Virus record (IMG/VR): IMGVR_UViG_3300045410_000017
Location: 1 to 42,103 of that record
Source of the DNA: a virus
Taxonomy: Duplodnaviria; Caudoviricetes
Length of the DNA stretch: 42,103 nt
Strand: one strand, 5' to 3'
The notes beneath the pieces were generated by a model. That model did not search any database, was not told where the DNA came from, and saw only the letters and a program-made list of their open reading frames with translations. The position numbers and the translations under genes are program-made. Positions 24,788 to 33,469 of this stretch are shown here, one piece after another; position 1 is the stretch's first letter, and each line of letters opens with the position of its first letter.

Positions 24788-25440
24788 CCTTTACCGCCCC
24801 GTGCCTCCCGACCAACCGCCCGAACCGACAACGTCGCATTGCAAGCGTGGTCGCCGAGCTGCCGGACCCTGCCACCTCCCGTGCCAGGATTCTGGACATT
24901 CTCGAGCGGGCCACGGACTCCGAGCACCTAGACGGTGCGGCATGGTATCCCGGCGCCAATGACATCGCCCACCTAGTGGCCGAGATCGGCGGTTGGACTG
25001 TCGAAGCTGGGGCCGGGATCATTGCCGCTCTTTCGCCCCAGTGCTCTTGGGATGAGAATGTCGCACGGGCGCTAGCGTTCGCCCGAGGCGAGGATGTCGG
25101 AGGGTTGGCCGATGGCCTAGGGAAGGCTGCCAGGATTGCAGCGGGCTTCCATCCTCTGGAGGTGCTAGGCGGTAGGAAGGTGCGGTCATTCTACTGGAAC
25201 ATCCTGGGCCACGCATCCCACGTAACGGTGGATCGCCACGCTGTAGCCATCGTCTACGGCCGGGCGTTGTCCGATCGGGAAATCAAGATTCTAGAGCGTT
25301 GCGGCGCCTATGCCTACATTGCAGCTAGCTACCGTGCGGCGGCTCGCTCGCTCGGGCTGGAGCCGAGCACCCTACAGGCCATCACCTGGCTAGCGTGGCG
25401 CCGGCTCAAGGGTCTCGACTACGATCCGGCCCCGTTCTAG
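24784..25440 (+). CDS. Conserved phage protein, helical DNA glycosylase-like (putative)
   Basis: WY, AALSPQCSWDEN, GRKVRSF, VTVDRH and LQAITW motifs. Confidence 0.6.
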   Translation: MTFTAPCLPTNRPNRQRRIASVVAELPDPATSRARILDILERATDSEHLDGAAWYPGANDIAHLVAEIGGWTVEAGAGIIAALSPQCSWDENVARALAFARGEDVGGLADGLGKAARIAAGFHPLEVLGGRKVRSFYWNILGHASHVTVDRHAVAIVYGRALSDREIKILERCGAYAYIAASYRAAARSLGLEPSTLQAITWLAWRRLKGLDYDPAPF

Positions 25441-25451
25441 CCTTCCTGTCA

Positions 25452-25690
25452 GGCTCGCTAACCTACACAATCATGGTGGTTAGAGGGCTATCTGGCCCTA
25501 ACCCCTAGGATTGTGTAGGTTATAGCCGGGCGTCGGCCGGCGTTCTCACTCTTCCCATTGCCCCGAACCTGTCGATATGAAGTGTGCGCCGTTCCCTATC
25601 CCCTTACACCTTAACTATACAAGTAGGACTACCCTATATAACATCACTAGATGTAAGGTCAGGGTGTAAGGGGGTGGGGATCACCGCACA
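25452..25690. other. Two long inverted repeats with AT-rich core, candidate replication origin
   Basis: Perfect 14-bp IR 25459-25472/25509-25522 and 11-bp IR 25600-25610/25663-25673. Confidence 0.5.
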
Positions 25691-25813
25691 GCGCACAAAG
25701 CATTTGTTCTGACCAGGACTCTAGCGAAACGTCGCCTATGTGCAGCGCCCCTTTGCGTTTCCGGCCAACCTGCTAGACTGTAGCCTCGCCTACCTATAAT
25801 CAGGAGCGTTTCC

Positions 25814-26302
25814 GTGCCTACCTTTGCCGAAACCCTAGCCGCCGCTCGGGGCGTGGGTCCCGACCACAAGCCCGCCGAAGAGCTGGACTGGTCCATCATT
25901 CACCCTGACCACCGAGACAGACTGCTGGACCAGTACCGTGGGTCGTCCCTCGCCCAAACCACTGTGGATGCGCTCGCCATCACTTACCCTGCCGAGGGCA
26001 AGATTTCGGTTCGCTCGGAGTCGGGGCGTCGGCATCTGGTGGACCTTGTGCCTGCCGAGCTGGCGGGCCTGGTCGACGCCATCGCCGAAGCCGAGGGCCG
26101 ACTCTCTCGTGCCAAGGATGACGAAGCCGATGCCCGTACGCTCGCCCGATCGGCTCGGGCCACACTGGACAGTCTGGTGCGTGACCGCAACCGAGTCGTC
26201 CGAGACACCTACGCATCTGGCGTGCCAGCTTCGCACCTTGTGGACGCAACGGGCCTGAGCCTGCCCCGAGTGAACCAGATCGTTGCGGGCGCAAGGAAAT
26301 AA
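25814..26302 (+). CDS. Coiled-coil protein with C-terminal HTH
   Basis: SD AGGAG; GVPASHLVDATGLSLPRVNQIV. Confidence 0.75.
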   Translation: MPTFAETLAAARGVGPDHKPAEELDWSIIHPDHRDRLLDQYRGSSLAQTTVDALAITYPAEGKISVRSESGRRHLVDLVPAELAGLVDAIAEAEGRLSRAKDDEADARTLARSARATLDSLVRDRNRVVRDTYASGVPASHLVDATGLSLPRVNQIVAGARK

Positions 26303-26330
26303 TACTTGCAAACACCCTGGTCAGAGGGCC

Positions 26331-26359
26331 TTGACAGATCCGGCGGGCGGGCGCATGAT
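26331..26359 (+). promoter_or_regulatory. Housekeeping-sigma early promoter
   Basis: TTGACA-17 nt-CATGAT. Confidence 0.7.
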
Positions 26360-26396
26360 GGTCTTACAAGCCAACCACGACCCAGGAGGTCATCCA

Positions 26397-26606
26397 GTGG
26401 CGTACGTCGAACCCAACTTCAAGACCAAGAAGGCGCTGAAAGAGGCGCTCGCCGCCGGCACCTACGTCCCGATCTTCTCGCCCGGCCCGTTCCCCTGCAA
26501 GACCGAGGGCGTCGAGTTTGTGGAGGGTCCGCACTACCCGAAGCCGCACTCTTGGTACGCCAAGGTGCAGGTGGAAGGAGGGCGAGTCGTCAAGGTCCTG
26601 AGCTAG
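26397..26606 (+). CDS. Conserved phage hypothetical protein (69 aa)
   Basis: SD AGGAGG; FKTKKALKE...GPHYP..HSWYAKV. Confidence 0.8.
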   Translation: MAYVEPNFKTKKALKEALAAGTYVPIFSPGPFPCKTEGVEFVEGPHYPKPHSWYAKVQVEGGRVVKVLS

Positions 26607-26659
26607 CGTTGGCTGAGGTCGGCCCGGAGAGATTCGGGCCGGCTGACTGCCTACACTAG
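26603..26659 (+). promoter_or_regulatory. Intergenic hairpin with tandem GA, copy 2
   Basis: Same flanks as 24457-24517 around a different stem sequence. Confidence 0.6.
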
Positions 26660-26669
26660 GAGTTGCAAT

Positions 26670-26999
26670 ATGAGTGATTCCCCGTTCGAGGTCGTGGGCG
26701 AGTTGACCTACGATCCGGCCACCGACACGTTGCGCCCGCCCGCCGGCCGCCACGTCACTTTCACCGAGGGCTGGATCGGCGACCCGTCGCCGAGCACCCG
26801 CACCCGCCGGCTCAACCCGACCGAGGCCCTGTGCATCGGTGAGGGCTGGTCGCAGGTGCCGCTGAACGATCCCATCCGCCCTGAGCGGGTGGTGCGGGCG
26901 TTGCTGACGATCTTCGGCACCCGCCACAACCTCGACGCCCACGACGCCGCCGTAACTCAACTCTGCTGGTACCACACCCGGAACGGAGATGGATCGTGA
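26670..26999 (+). CDS. Hypothetical protein
   Basis: SD AGGAG; high GC3. Confidence 0.7.
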   Translation: MSDSPFEVVGELTYDPATDTLRPPAGRHVTFTEGWIGDPSPSTRTRRLNPTEALCIGEGWSQVPLNDPIRPERVVRALLTIFGTRHNLDAHDAAVTQLCWYHTRNGDGS

Positions 27000-27163
27000 C
27001 CCACACGGAGCCCACCTACAGAATCGTGCGGGCGTTCTTCGACGCCGACACGCCCGCTAAGGTGATCGCCCGGCGCCTGTCGCTGGCCGATGCCCAGGCC
27101 CATTGCCGGCGTGACGACACGCACGGAGACGGATGGTTCGATGGATATGAGGAAGAGCGGTGA
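26996..27163 (+). CDS. Conserved phage hypothetical protein (55 aa)
   Basis: Not in the track; YRIVRAFF...[10 protein letters not shown]...WFDGY; GTGA-coupled. Confidence 0.75.
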   Translation: MTHTEPTYRIVRAFFDADTPAKVIARRLSLADAQAHCRRDDTHGDGWFDGYEEER

Positions 27164-27315
27164 ACCTCTGCAAGCGCTGCCAGGTGGCCGGCGAGGAGAC
27201 TCGTGCCACGCATCTCGTGCCGGGCGCACCGCCCCGCTACCTGTCTCTGTTCGCCTGCACACTCCACGCCGCCCCCTACAAGACGGCCCGCCGACTGCCC
27301 CTGGAGGCACCATGA
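27160..27315 (+). CDS. Small Cys/His protein (51 aa)
   Basis: CKRC...CTLH; GTGA-coupled. Confidence 0.55.
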   Translation: MNLCKRCQVAGEETRATHLVPGAPPRYLSLFACTLHAAPYKTARRLPLEAP

Positions 27316-27466
27316 GCTACGATCCCACCTACTGCGCCGGTCGACGGCGAGTGGTTCCAGAGCCATCGAGGGCGCCATCGAGGCGAGCGGGTTCGAGGCT
27401 CGTTAGGCCGTCCTAACAGGAAAGATCCTCTTGCCCTAACGGGCCTGGCCATGAGAGAGTGACGAC

Positions 27467-27685
27467 ATGAGCACATCCCACACCATCATCGACCGCCGGC
27501 ACGCTGCCCCGGCCATCCCGGCCGTCAACCTGCGAGAGGGCGACACGTTCCTCGACCAGTCCACGGGCCGCTACTTCACGGTCGACACGGCCGGCACCAA
27601 CGCCGAGGGCGACACCGTTGTCCGCTGCGGCCGGCTCCTGCTGACCATCGACTCGTCCCAGCTCGTGAACCTGGAGGGAAAGTAA
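27467..27685 (+). CDS. Hypothetical protein
   Basis: High GC3; NLREGDTF, small beta-domain-like. Confidence 0.7.
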   Translation: MSTSHTIIDRRHAAPAIPAVNLREGDTFLDQSTGRYFTVDTAGTNAEGDTVVRCGRLLLTIDSSQLVNLEGK

Positions 27686-27686
27686 G

Positions 27687-27893
27687 ATGAGCCTGTCCCG
27701 CAAGAACTACGAAGCGATCGCCGAGATCATCGAGGCGCAGACACCGGCCAAGGATCGGGCGTTGGACGACTGGGACAACGGATTCCTGGCCGCCGTCAAC
27801 AACATCTCCGAGGCCCTGTGCGTCTACTTCGAGGGCGACAACGCCAACTTCGATCCGAACCGTTTCCTCAAGGCGTGCGGGGTGCAGTCGTGA
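27687..27893 (+). CDS. Conserved phage hypothetical protein
   Basis: SRKNYEAIAEII...DNANFDPNRFLKAC; SD GGAGG. Confidence 0.8.
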   Translation: MSLSRKNYEAIAEIIEAQTPAKDRALDDWDNGFLAAVNNISEALCVYFEGDNANFDPNRFLKACGVQS

Positions 27894-28150
27894 GCATCGA
27901 CAGTATCTTCGACTTCCCCGAGGGCACCACCGCCAAGTGCGTCCAATGTCACGAGCCCATCCTCCTCGACCAGCAAGAGGGCGGCGGCACTGGCAAGGAT
28001 TGGGGCGCTGGCCGCCCCGCTGACTGGCAGCCGAACGGTGGCCTCGGACTGGACTACGGCTGCTTCGATAGCCCGCTGAACGACAACGACGGCACGGGCG
28101 GTCACTCGCCCCAGGCCGGGACCATCATCACCCCCGGAGGTACCACATGA
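27890..28150 (+). CDS. Hypothetical protein
   Basis: GTGA-coupled; CVQCHE. Confidence 0.65.
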   Translation: MSIDSIFDFPEGTTAKCVQCHEPILLDQQEGGGTGKDWGAGRPADWQPNGGLGLDYGCFDSPLNDNDGTGGHSPQAGTIITPGGTT

Positions 28151-28620
28151 CCATCACCGACGCCACCCAGGACGACGAGGGCACGAACGTCAACGTGTTC
28201 GAGTCGAACAGCGAGGGGCTGGTGGCCCTGTTCGTGAACCGGGAGGACATCTCGTCCTTCGCCCAGCTCACCCCCGACGAGGCCCGCACGATCGCTAGCC
28301 TGCTCCTCAACAATGCCGAGCTGGCCGCTCGCCGGGTGAGCCCGGCCTACAGCATCCAGTCCGCCATCCACGAGGCCACGGGCCAGCCGATCCCGCCGTC
28401 CGGCACGTCGTTCCTGGCCGAGAAGTTGACGGCGGCCGGCTACCGGCTCGTGAAGGGCGACGACGAGCGCCGCCCGATCACCGACGAGCACGGCGACGAG
28501 CTGGCCGAGCCACTCGGCGTGATCGCTGCCTGCCTGCCCTACAGCGGGGCCGGCGAGGACGAGGCCCAGGCCTTCCTCGACCACCTGCACGACGCCGGGT
28601 TCACGGTGGTGTACTCGTGA
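28147..28620 (+). CDS. Hypothetical protein
   Basis: SD GGAGG; ATGA-coupled; high GC3. Confidence 0.75.
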   Translation: MTITDATQDDEGTNVNVFESNSEGLVALFVNREDISSFAQLTPDEARTIASLLLNNAELAARRVSPAYSIQSAIHEATGQPIPPSGTSFLAEKLTAAGYRLVKGDDERRPITDEHGDELAEPLGVIAACLPYSGAGEDEAQAFLDHLHDAGFTVVYS

Positions 28621-28754
28621 CGTTCTATGACCAGGATGCCCAGTGCCACGAGTGTGGGTGCCACCTCGTGCTGATCTCGTACGTCCAAGTCTGCCCCGAG
28701 TGTGACCAACCATCTCGCTGGCCCAGCCAATCGGAGGAGCGCAATGGAGCCTGA
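28617..28754 (+). CDS. Zinc-ribbon microprotein (45 aa)
   Basis: CHEC...CPEC; GTGA-coupled. Confidence 0.55.
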   Translation: MTFYDQDAQCHECGCHLVLISYVQVCPECDQPSRWPSQSEERNGA

Positions 28755-28893
28755 CATCGACTGGACCAACGACCCGTGCATCCTGCTCGACGGTCTCAAA
28801 TGCGTGGAGTGCGGCGGCGTGCTTGTTGCCGAGCCTGCCGAGGTTTACGAGACCACGACGGTGCGCTGCCGCTCGTGCGGTGCGCTGGCATGA
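28744..28893 (+). CDS. Zinc-ribbon microprotein (49 aa)
   Basis: SD GGAGG; CVEC...CRSC. Confidence 0.6.
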   Translation: MEPDIDWTNDPCILLDGLKCVECGGVLVAEPAEVYETTTVRCRSCGALA

Positions 28894-29054
28894 ACGCCTC
28901 GGAGCAGATCATCTACGATGCACTGATGTTCTACGCTGCTGCCGACGCATCGCCAGGCACGGCGAGCGAGGGGCGGACTGCGCTTGACCTCGCAGACGAG
29001 ATCGAGAGCGGCGAGTTGCGGCTGGTCGTCGTCGTCAAGATGAGGAGCTACTGA
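28890..29054 (+). CDS. Hypothetical protein (54 aa)
   Basis: ATGA-coupled. Confidence 0.55.
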   Translation: MNASEQIIYDALMFYAAADASPGTASEGRTALDLADEIESGELRLVVVVKMRSY

Positions 29055-29191
29055 TGAGCAAGCACCTCGATGACCTGGACCGTCTGTTCGCTGACCTCGA
29101 TGAGGCCGGGGATCTGGCCGATCTCGATGCCCGCCAGGCCGAGGCTCTCCGCAAGGCCGCTGCCCGCCGCAAGGCCGCTCGTGCCGGGTGA
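29054..29191 (+). CDS. Hypothetical protein (45 aa), acidic N-half and basic C-half
   Basis: SD GAGGAG; TGATG coupling. Confidence 0.55.
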   Translation: MSKHLDDLDRLFADLDEAGDLADLDARQAEALRKAAARRKAARAG

Positions 29192-29388
29192 TACACTCAA
29201 TGACCCGCCGGCTCGGCGAGCGTGGGGCCTGTACTGGTGGGCCACCTCGCAACAGGGCCGTGACATTGAGGGCGTGCTACTATCGTGCTGGGCTGATAGC
29301 CAGTCCGATCGTGGTCCGTGCGATCTGCCCGCCTCATCTTCTCTCGGCCTGTGCGCCGAACATCTCAACCAACTAAGGAGCAATACTA

Positions 29389-29565
29389 ATGCGTAGCATC
29401 CCCGGAACCATCACCTCCTACACCGAGCACGCCGATCAGGTCGACCTGCTCGACCTGAGCCCGGCCGATCGGGCCGCCAAGATCAAGGCGAACAAGATCG
29501 CCGAGGCCCAGCGTATCGCCAACGACGCCGCCGCCGAGCTGCGCCGACTGGAGGCCGAGGGTTGA
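29389..29565 (+). CDS. Hypothetical helical protein (58 aa)
   Basis: SD TAAGGAG; high GC3; not in the track. Confidence 0.7.
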   Translation: MRSIPGTITSYTEHADQVDLLDLSPADRAAKIKANKIAEAQRIANDAAAELRRLEAEG

Positions 29566-29566
29566 G

Positions 29567-29635
29567 TTCAACGACGACCAGCACAGGATGAAGCTGGCGA
29601 TTCAGTATCTCGAACACTTCCAAGGAGAGACGTGA
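29567..29635 (+). pseudogene. C-terminal relic of an endonuclease VII gene
   Basis: Reads FNDDQHRMKLAIQYLEHFQGET*, like FRDDPALLVTAAQYLK in the intact copy at 35506. Confidence 0.55.
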
Positions 29636-30513
29636 AGAACCTACTGCCCCCGCTCACGGATGAAGAAGCGGCAAACCTGGAGGAGTCCATCCTCACGCAT
29701 GGCTTCTGGCCCACCTCGGCCATCGTGCTTTCAGAAGATGGAGAAGTCCTTGACGGCAACAACCGCAAGGCCATCTGTGACAAGCACGGCATCGAGTACA
29801 CGACGGTCGTGCTGCCTGGTCTCACGCCCTGGGATCGGATCGCTTACCAGATCAAGAGCAACGTGGTCCGACGCTCTTTGTCTCCAGCGCAGAGGCGAGA
29901 CCTGTTGAAGAAGCTTACGGCCGAGTACGACGTGGAGTTGCGTCGGCAAGGGGCCGAGGCCCAGGCCGAGGGAGCGAGGAAGGGCGGCCAGGCAAGGCCC
30001 GTCCAGACCGAGACGAACCTTGAAGGCCCGACGCCCGATGCCCGTGCCCGCACAGCCGCCGCCGAGGCCAGCGAGACCCGGTTCGATGAGCCGGTCGTCG
30101 CCAAGCCCAAGGTCGACCGCCTCACCACGCTCGGCAACATGCTCGGGCGCAGCAGGGCTACCGTGCACCGGGACGAGCAGATCCTCGACCGCATCGAGAA
30201 GATCGAGACCGAGGCCAGCCGCCAGCACCGAGATGATGTCGTGCGCCTGCTCAACCAGCCTCGCCCCAACCTCGATGAGTTAGAGCGGGCCGTGGGGCTG
30301 CGGGCTGCGCTGCCCGAGGTCGAGGCCCCGGACGAGGACAGGGTGGGGTGGGTGCACAACCTGGCGCAGGCCCTCAACAACCTCGTGCCGGCGCTCACGC
30401 CCGACGAGGCCGACGTGCTGTTGGCGAAGGTGGCGACCCCGGATCTGGTGCTGGTGCAGGTGGGCCAGCTCCGAGGCGCGCTGGCCGAGGCCAAGCAGAG
30501 GCGAGGCAAGTAG
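29632..30513 (+). CDS. ParB/Srx-like N-terminal domain protein
   Basis: LLPPLTDEE..LEESI..G, VLDGNNR, NVVRRSLS; possible HTH LGNMLGRSRATVHRD. Confidence 0.8.
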   Translation: MKNLLPPLTDEEAANLEESILTHGFWPTSAIVLSEDGEVLDGNNRKAICDKHGIEYTTVVLPGLTPWDRIAYQIKSNVVRRSLSPAQRRDLLKKLTAEYDVELRRQGAEAQAEGARKGGQARPVQTETNLEGPTPDARARTAAAEASETRFDEPVVAKPKVDRLTTLGNMLGRSRATVHRDEQILDRIEKIETEASRQHRDDVVRLLNQPRPNLDELERAVGLRAALPEVEAPDEDRVGWVHNLAQALNNLVPALTPDEADVLLAKVATPDLVLVQVGQLRGALAEAKQRRGK

Positions 30514-30891
30514 GTGGCTGTCGGCCGGCCGTTCCGCTACGATCAGACGCTCACCGACTACGGTGAGGGTCCGATCAAGATGGCGTCGACCAAGCTCACC
30601 AATGCACAACTTGATTCCCGCCGGGCGCAGCAACGGGCCTACGCCAAGCACAAGAGAGCGACGGACCCGGCGTGGGTGGCCCGGCGCAACGAGATGCAAC
30701 GCAAGCTGCGGGCCAAGGCCCCGACCCTAAAGGAAGAATCACCGAACGACCCCCGCACCCCGGCCGAGCACGGGACCCCACAAAGGTATCGTCGGCACGG
30801 GTGCAGGTGTGTAAGATGCACGATGGCCGTGCGTGACGACATGAGAATCTACAGGACCGGAGATGCGGGGCCAGAGTTCAACCTCAGATGA
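30514..30891 (+). CDS. Hypothetical basic protein with HGT...CRCxxC finger
   Basis: EHGTPQRYRRHGCRCVRC. Confidence 0.7.
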   Translation: MAVGRPFRYDQTLTDYGEGPIKMASTKLTNAQLDSRRAQQRAYAKHKRATDPAWVARRNEMQRKLRAKAPTLKEESPNDPRTPAEHGTPQRYRRHGCRCVRCTMAVRDDMRIYRTGDAGPEFNLR

Positions 30892-30903
30892 TACACTGGC
30901 TGC

Positions 30904-31449
30904 ATGTGTGCTGTAGAAGGATGCAACGGAAAGATCAGAAGTCGGGGTGTGTGCAGCGCCCACTACCAACGGCTACGCAAGGCCGGCGTTCTTGTTAGCC
31001 AGCGTCAGAGGGCGGCTGGCTGTGTTTGTTCCGTCGAGGGATGCGAACGCCCGGCCAAGGGGCGTGGACTGTGTAACACACACTACTCACGACAGCGCCG
31101 CCGAGGGACGACCGACGATCCGATCCGAGCGGAGGGAGCAGAGAGTTCAGCTTGGCAAGGCGGACGGTGTGTAACTTCACGAGGCTATGTGATCGTGACG
31201 ATACCGAAAGATGACCCCTTCGTGTCGATGTGCCCGCAGAAGTCACGGCTACTGGAACACAGGCTTGTGATGGCACGACATCTCGGACGCCCGTTGCGGA
31301 CAGAAGAAACCGTCCATCACATCGACGGCAACAAGCAGAACAACAAGATCGAGAACCTCCAACTCCGAGCCGGTCATCATGGTCCTGGGTTCGTCGTCAA
31401 GTGTGGCGACTGTGGATCTCACAACATCGTGTCACTCCCACTAGATTGA
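30904..31449 (+). CDS. HNH homing endonuclease
   Basis: Two CxVEGC..LCxxHY-type repeats; EHRLVMA..LGRPL...VHHIDGNKQNN. Confidence 0.9.
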   Translation: MCAVEGCNGKIRSRGVCSAHYQRLRKAGVLVSQRQRAAGCVCSVEGCERPAKGRGLCNTHYSRQRRRGTTDDPIRAEGAESSAWQGGRCVTSRGYVIVTIPKDDPFVSMCPQKSRLLEHRLVMARHLGRPLRTEETVHHIDGNKQNNKIENLQLRAGHHGPGFVVKCGDCGSHNIVSLPLD

Positions 31450-31457
31450 GGTCGAGC

Positions 31458-31790
31458 ATGGAATCGTACGAGTCCGCCATCCAGAGCATCATGCGAGAGC
31501 GCAGGGTTGATGAGCAAACAGCAGGGCTGATCGTCGCTGAGGTCTATCCGGCGCTCGTGGCGTTCGACCGTGACGCCGAGCCGGACCTGGCGTTCGATGA
31601 CTTCGACAGCGTGGACGTGGGCGTGGTCTACACGCCGCCCGCCAAGCCGGGTCGGGTCGTGCCGGTGGACGAGGACCGCTCGCCGGCCGGGTCGCTGCTC
31701 GCCCAGGCCGAGCGCCTCGCCGCCAAGCGCAACGGCGACCGCTATCGCAAGATGTCCAAGGGCACCTCGATGCACACGGTGGATCTGTGA
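31458..31790 (+). CDS. Hypothetical protein
   Basis: SD GAGG before ATG 31458; high GC3. Confidence 0.7.
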   Translation: MESYESAIQSIMRERRVDEQTAGLIVAEVYPALVAFDRDAEPDLAFDDFDSVDVGVVYTPPAKPGRVVPVDEDRSPAGSLLAQAERLAAKRNGDRYRKMSKGTSMHTVDL

Positions 31791-31987
31791 GTGCGGGCCG
31801 AACGTGGTACGAGCAAGGCGACTGGCAGGTGGCGAGAGTTGACGGCAAGTACGTGGTGATGGCCCGAGGGGGCAACTGGAGCAGTTCACCCAGCCGCACC
31901 GATCTCCCGCTGTGGATTATGGCGACGTGTGCTAGTGATCTCGACGCTCACCGCATCGTCCGTGGGCTCAAGGCTGGCACGAAATGA
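31787..31987 (+). CDS. Hypothetical protein
   Basis: GTGA-coupled. Confidence 0.6.
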   Translation: MSAGRTWYEQGDWQVARVDGKYVVMARGGNWSSSPSRTDLPLWIMATCASDLDAHRIVRGLKAGTK

Positions 31988-32148
31988 TGCGCTGGCTCAA
32001 GATCGACTGGTCGACGTTCGCCCGGACGGCGCACTGGATTCCGCTCCCGCCAGGTGCGTGTTGGTTGAACGACACCGGGCCTCTGTCGAAGGGGACGATG
32101 CTCCTGCTAGAGGCCGAGGCCCGTTACCGGCTGGGCGATAGACTGTAG
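31984..32148 (+). CDS. Hypothetical protein (54 aa)
   Basis: ATGA-coupled; ends 1 nt before the helicase start. Confidence 0.5.
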   Translation: MMRWLKIDWSTFARTAHWIPLPPGACWLNDTGPLSKGTMLLLEAEARYRLGDRL

Positions 32149-32149
32149 G

Positions 32150-33469
32150 GTGACTACGCAAGACAAGCCCTCGGATGCCAAGGTTCTGCTGATGGTGCAG
32201 GACCAAGCACCAGCCCCGATCCTGCGAGGCCACGACGAACAGCTCTACCGCTACAACGGCAAGTGCTGGGACAGGCGTGGCACCGACGAGGTGCAGCGCC
32301 GGCTGGAGATCCTCTTTCCCGAGGACTTCTCTGCGGCGCTGGCCCGCAACGTGCGGTACCTGCTGCGGGGGATCGAGCCGCTGATGCCGCCCGCCCCCCC
32401 GCCCGAGACGAAGTACCTCATCAACGCCGCCAACGGCACGGTGGATATTTCAACCCACCCGCACCCGTCGCTGCGCCCGCACGATGCCGCCGACTGCTTC
32501 CAGTACGTGCTCGACCACGACTACGACCCCAACGCCTCGTGCCCGAACATCGACGCCTCGCTGGAGACGATGTTCCCGGACCCGGACATGGTGGCCCTGG
32601 TCCACGAGATCTTCGGCTACTGCCTGCTGCCCGCCTTCAACTTGAAGAAGGCCATTCTCCTCTACAGTCGTGCCCCGCACACCGGCAAGAGCACCCTTCT
32701 CAACCTGCTTGGAGCACTGGTCGGTTCGGAGAATGAGGCCACCGTTTCCTTGCAGGATCTCGATGACCACCGCTTCGCTCGTGCCTCTTTGCAAGGTAAG
32801 TTGGTGAACCGAAGCGGCGATCTTGGTGCCTATGCGCCCAAGACTTCGACCGTATTCAAGTCAATCGTGGGTGGTGACCCGGTGCTGGCCGAACATAAGG
32901 GCCAGCAAACCTTCGCCCTTTACAACACGGCCAAGCTGTTGTTCGCCGGCAACTCGTTCGCCGGCACGCACGAGAGCGGGGCCGCATACACGCAGCGGTG
33001 GCTGGTCATACCGTTCACGGTCGAGCACCCGTCCAACCCTGACTTCCTCAACAAGGTGACCACGCCCGAGGAGTTGCGTGGCCTGCTCGCCCACGCCGTG
33101 CGGGCGGCGGCGAGGTTGGTGGCCCGCAAGGAGTTCGAGCGGCCGGCGGCCGTGGCGCTCGCCGAGGCCAGCCTCCAACTGGAGACTGATTCCGTGGCCC
33201 GCTATGTCGAGGAGACCATGACCGTTGTGCCTGATGACCCGGACGCCCGGCTCGACGGTCCCCGCACCTACGAGCAGTACGAGTCGTGGGCCAAGGACGG
33301 AGGGATGCGGCCCGTGTCCCGCCCCAACTTCTACACCCGGCTCGGCGACATGCCCGGCATCAGCATCGTGGAGGGCAACAGCCGCAAGCGATTCATCAAG
33401 GGCGTGCGAGTGGCGTTCCCGAGTAGCGACCCGTCAAGTGTGGTCGCAGGATGGAAGAAAGCAACATGA
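32150..33469 (+). CDS. D5/P4-type SF3 replicative helicase (no primase domain seen)
   Basis: LYRYNGKCW, LINAANG, Walker A HTGKST, FKSIVGGD, KLLFAGN, QRWLVIPF. Confidence 0.9.
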   Translation: MTTQDKPSDAKVLLMVQDQAPAPILRGHDEQLYRYNGKCWDRRGTDEVQRRLEILFPEDFSAALARNVRYLLRGIEPLMPPAPPPETKYLINAANGTVDISTHPHPSLRPHDAADCFQYVLDHDYDPNASCPNIDASLETMFPDPDMVALVHEIFGYCLLPAFNLKKAILLYSRAPHTGKSTLLNLLGALVGSENEATVSLQDLDDHRFARASLQGKLVNRSGDLGAYAPKTSTVFKSIVGGDPVLAEHKGQQTFALYNTAKLLFAGNSFAGTHESGAAYTQRWLVIPFTVEHPSNPDFLNKVTTPEELRGLLAHAVRAAARLVARKEFERPAAVALAEASLQLETDSVARYVEETMTVVPDDPDARLDGPRTYEQYESWAKDGGMRPVSRPNFYTRLGDMPGISIVEGNSRKRFIKGVRVAFPSSDPSSVVAGWKKAT

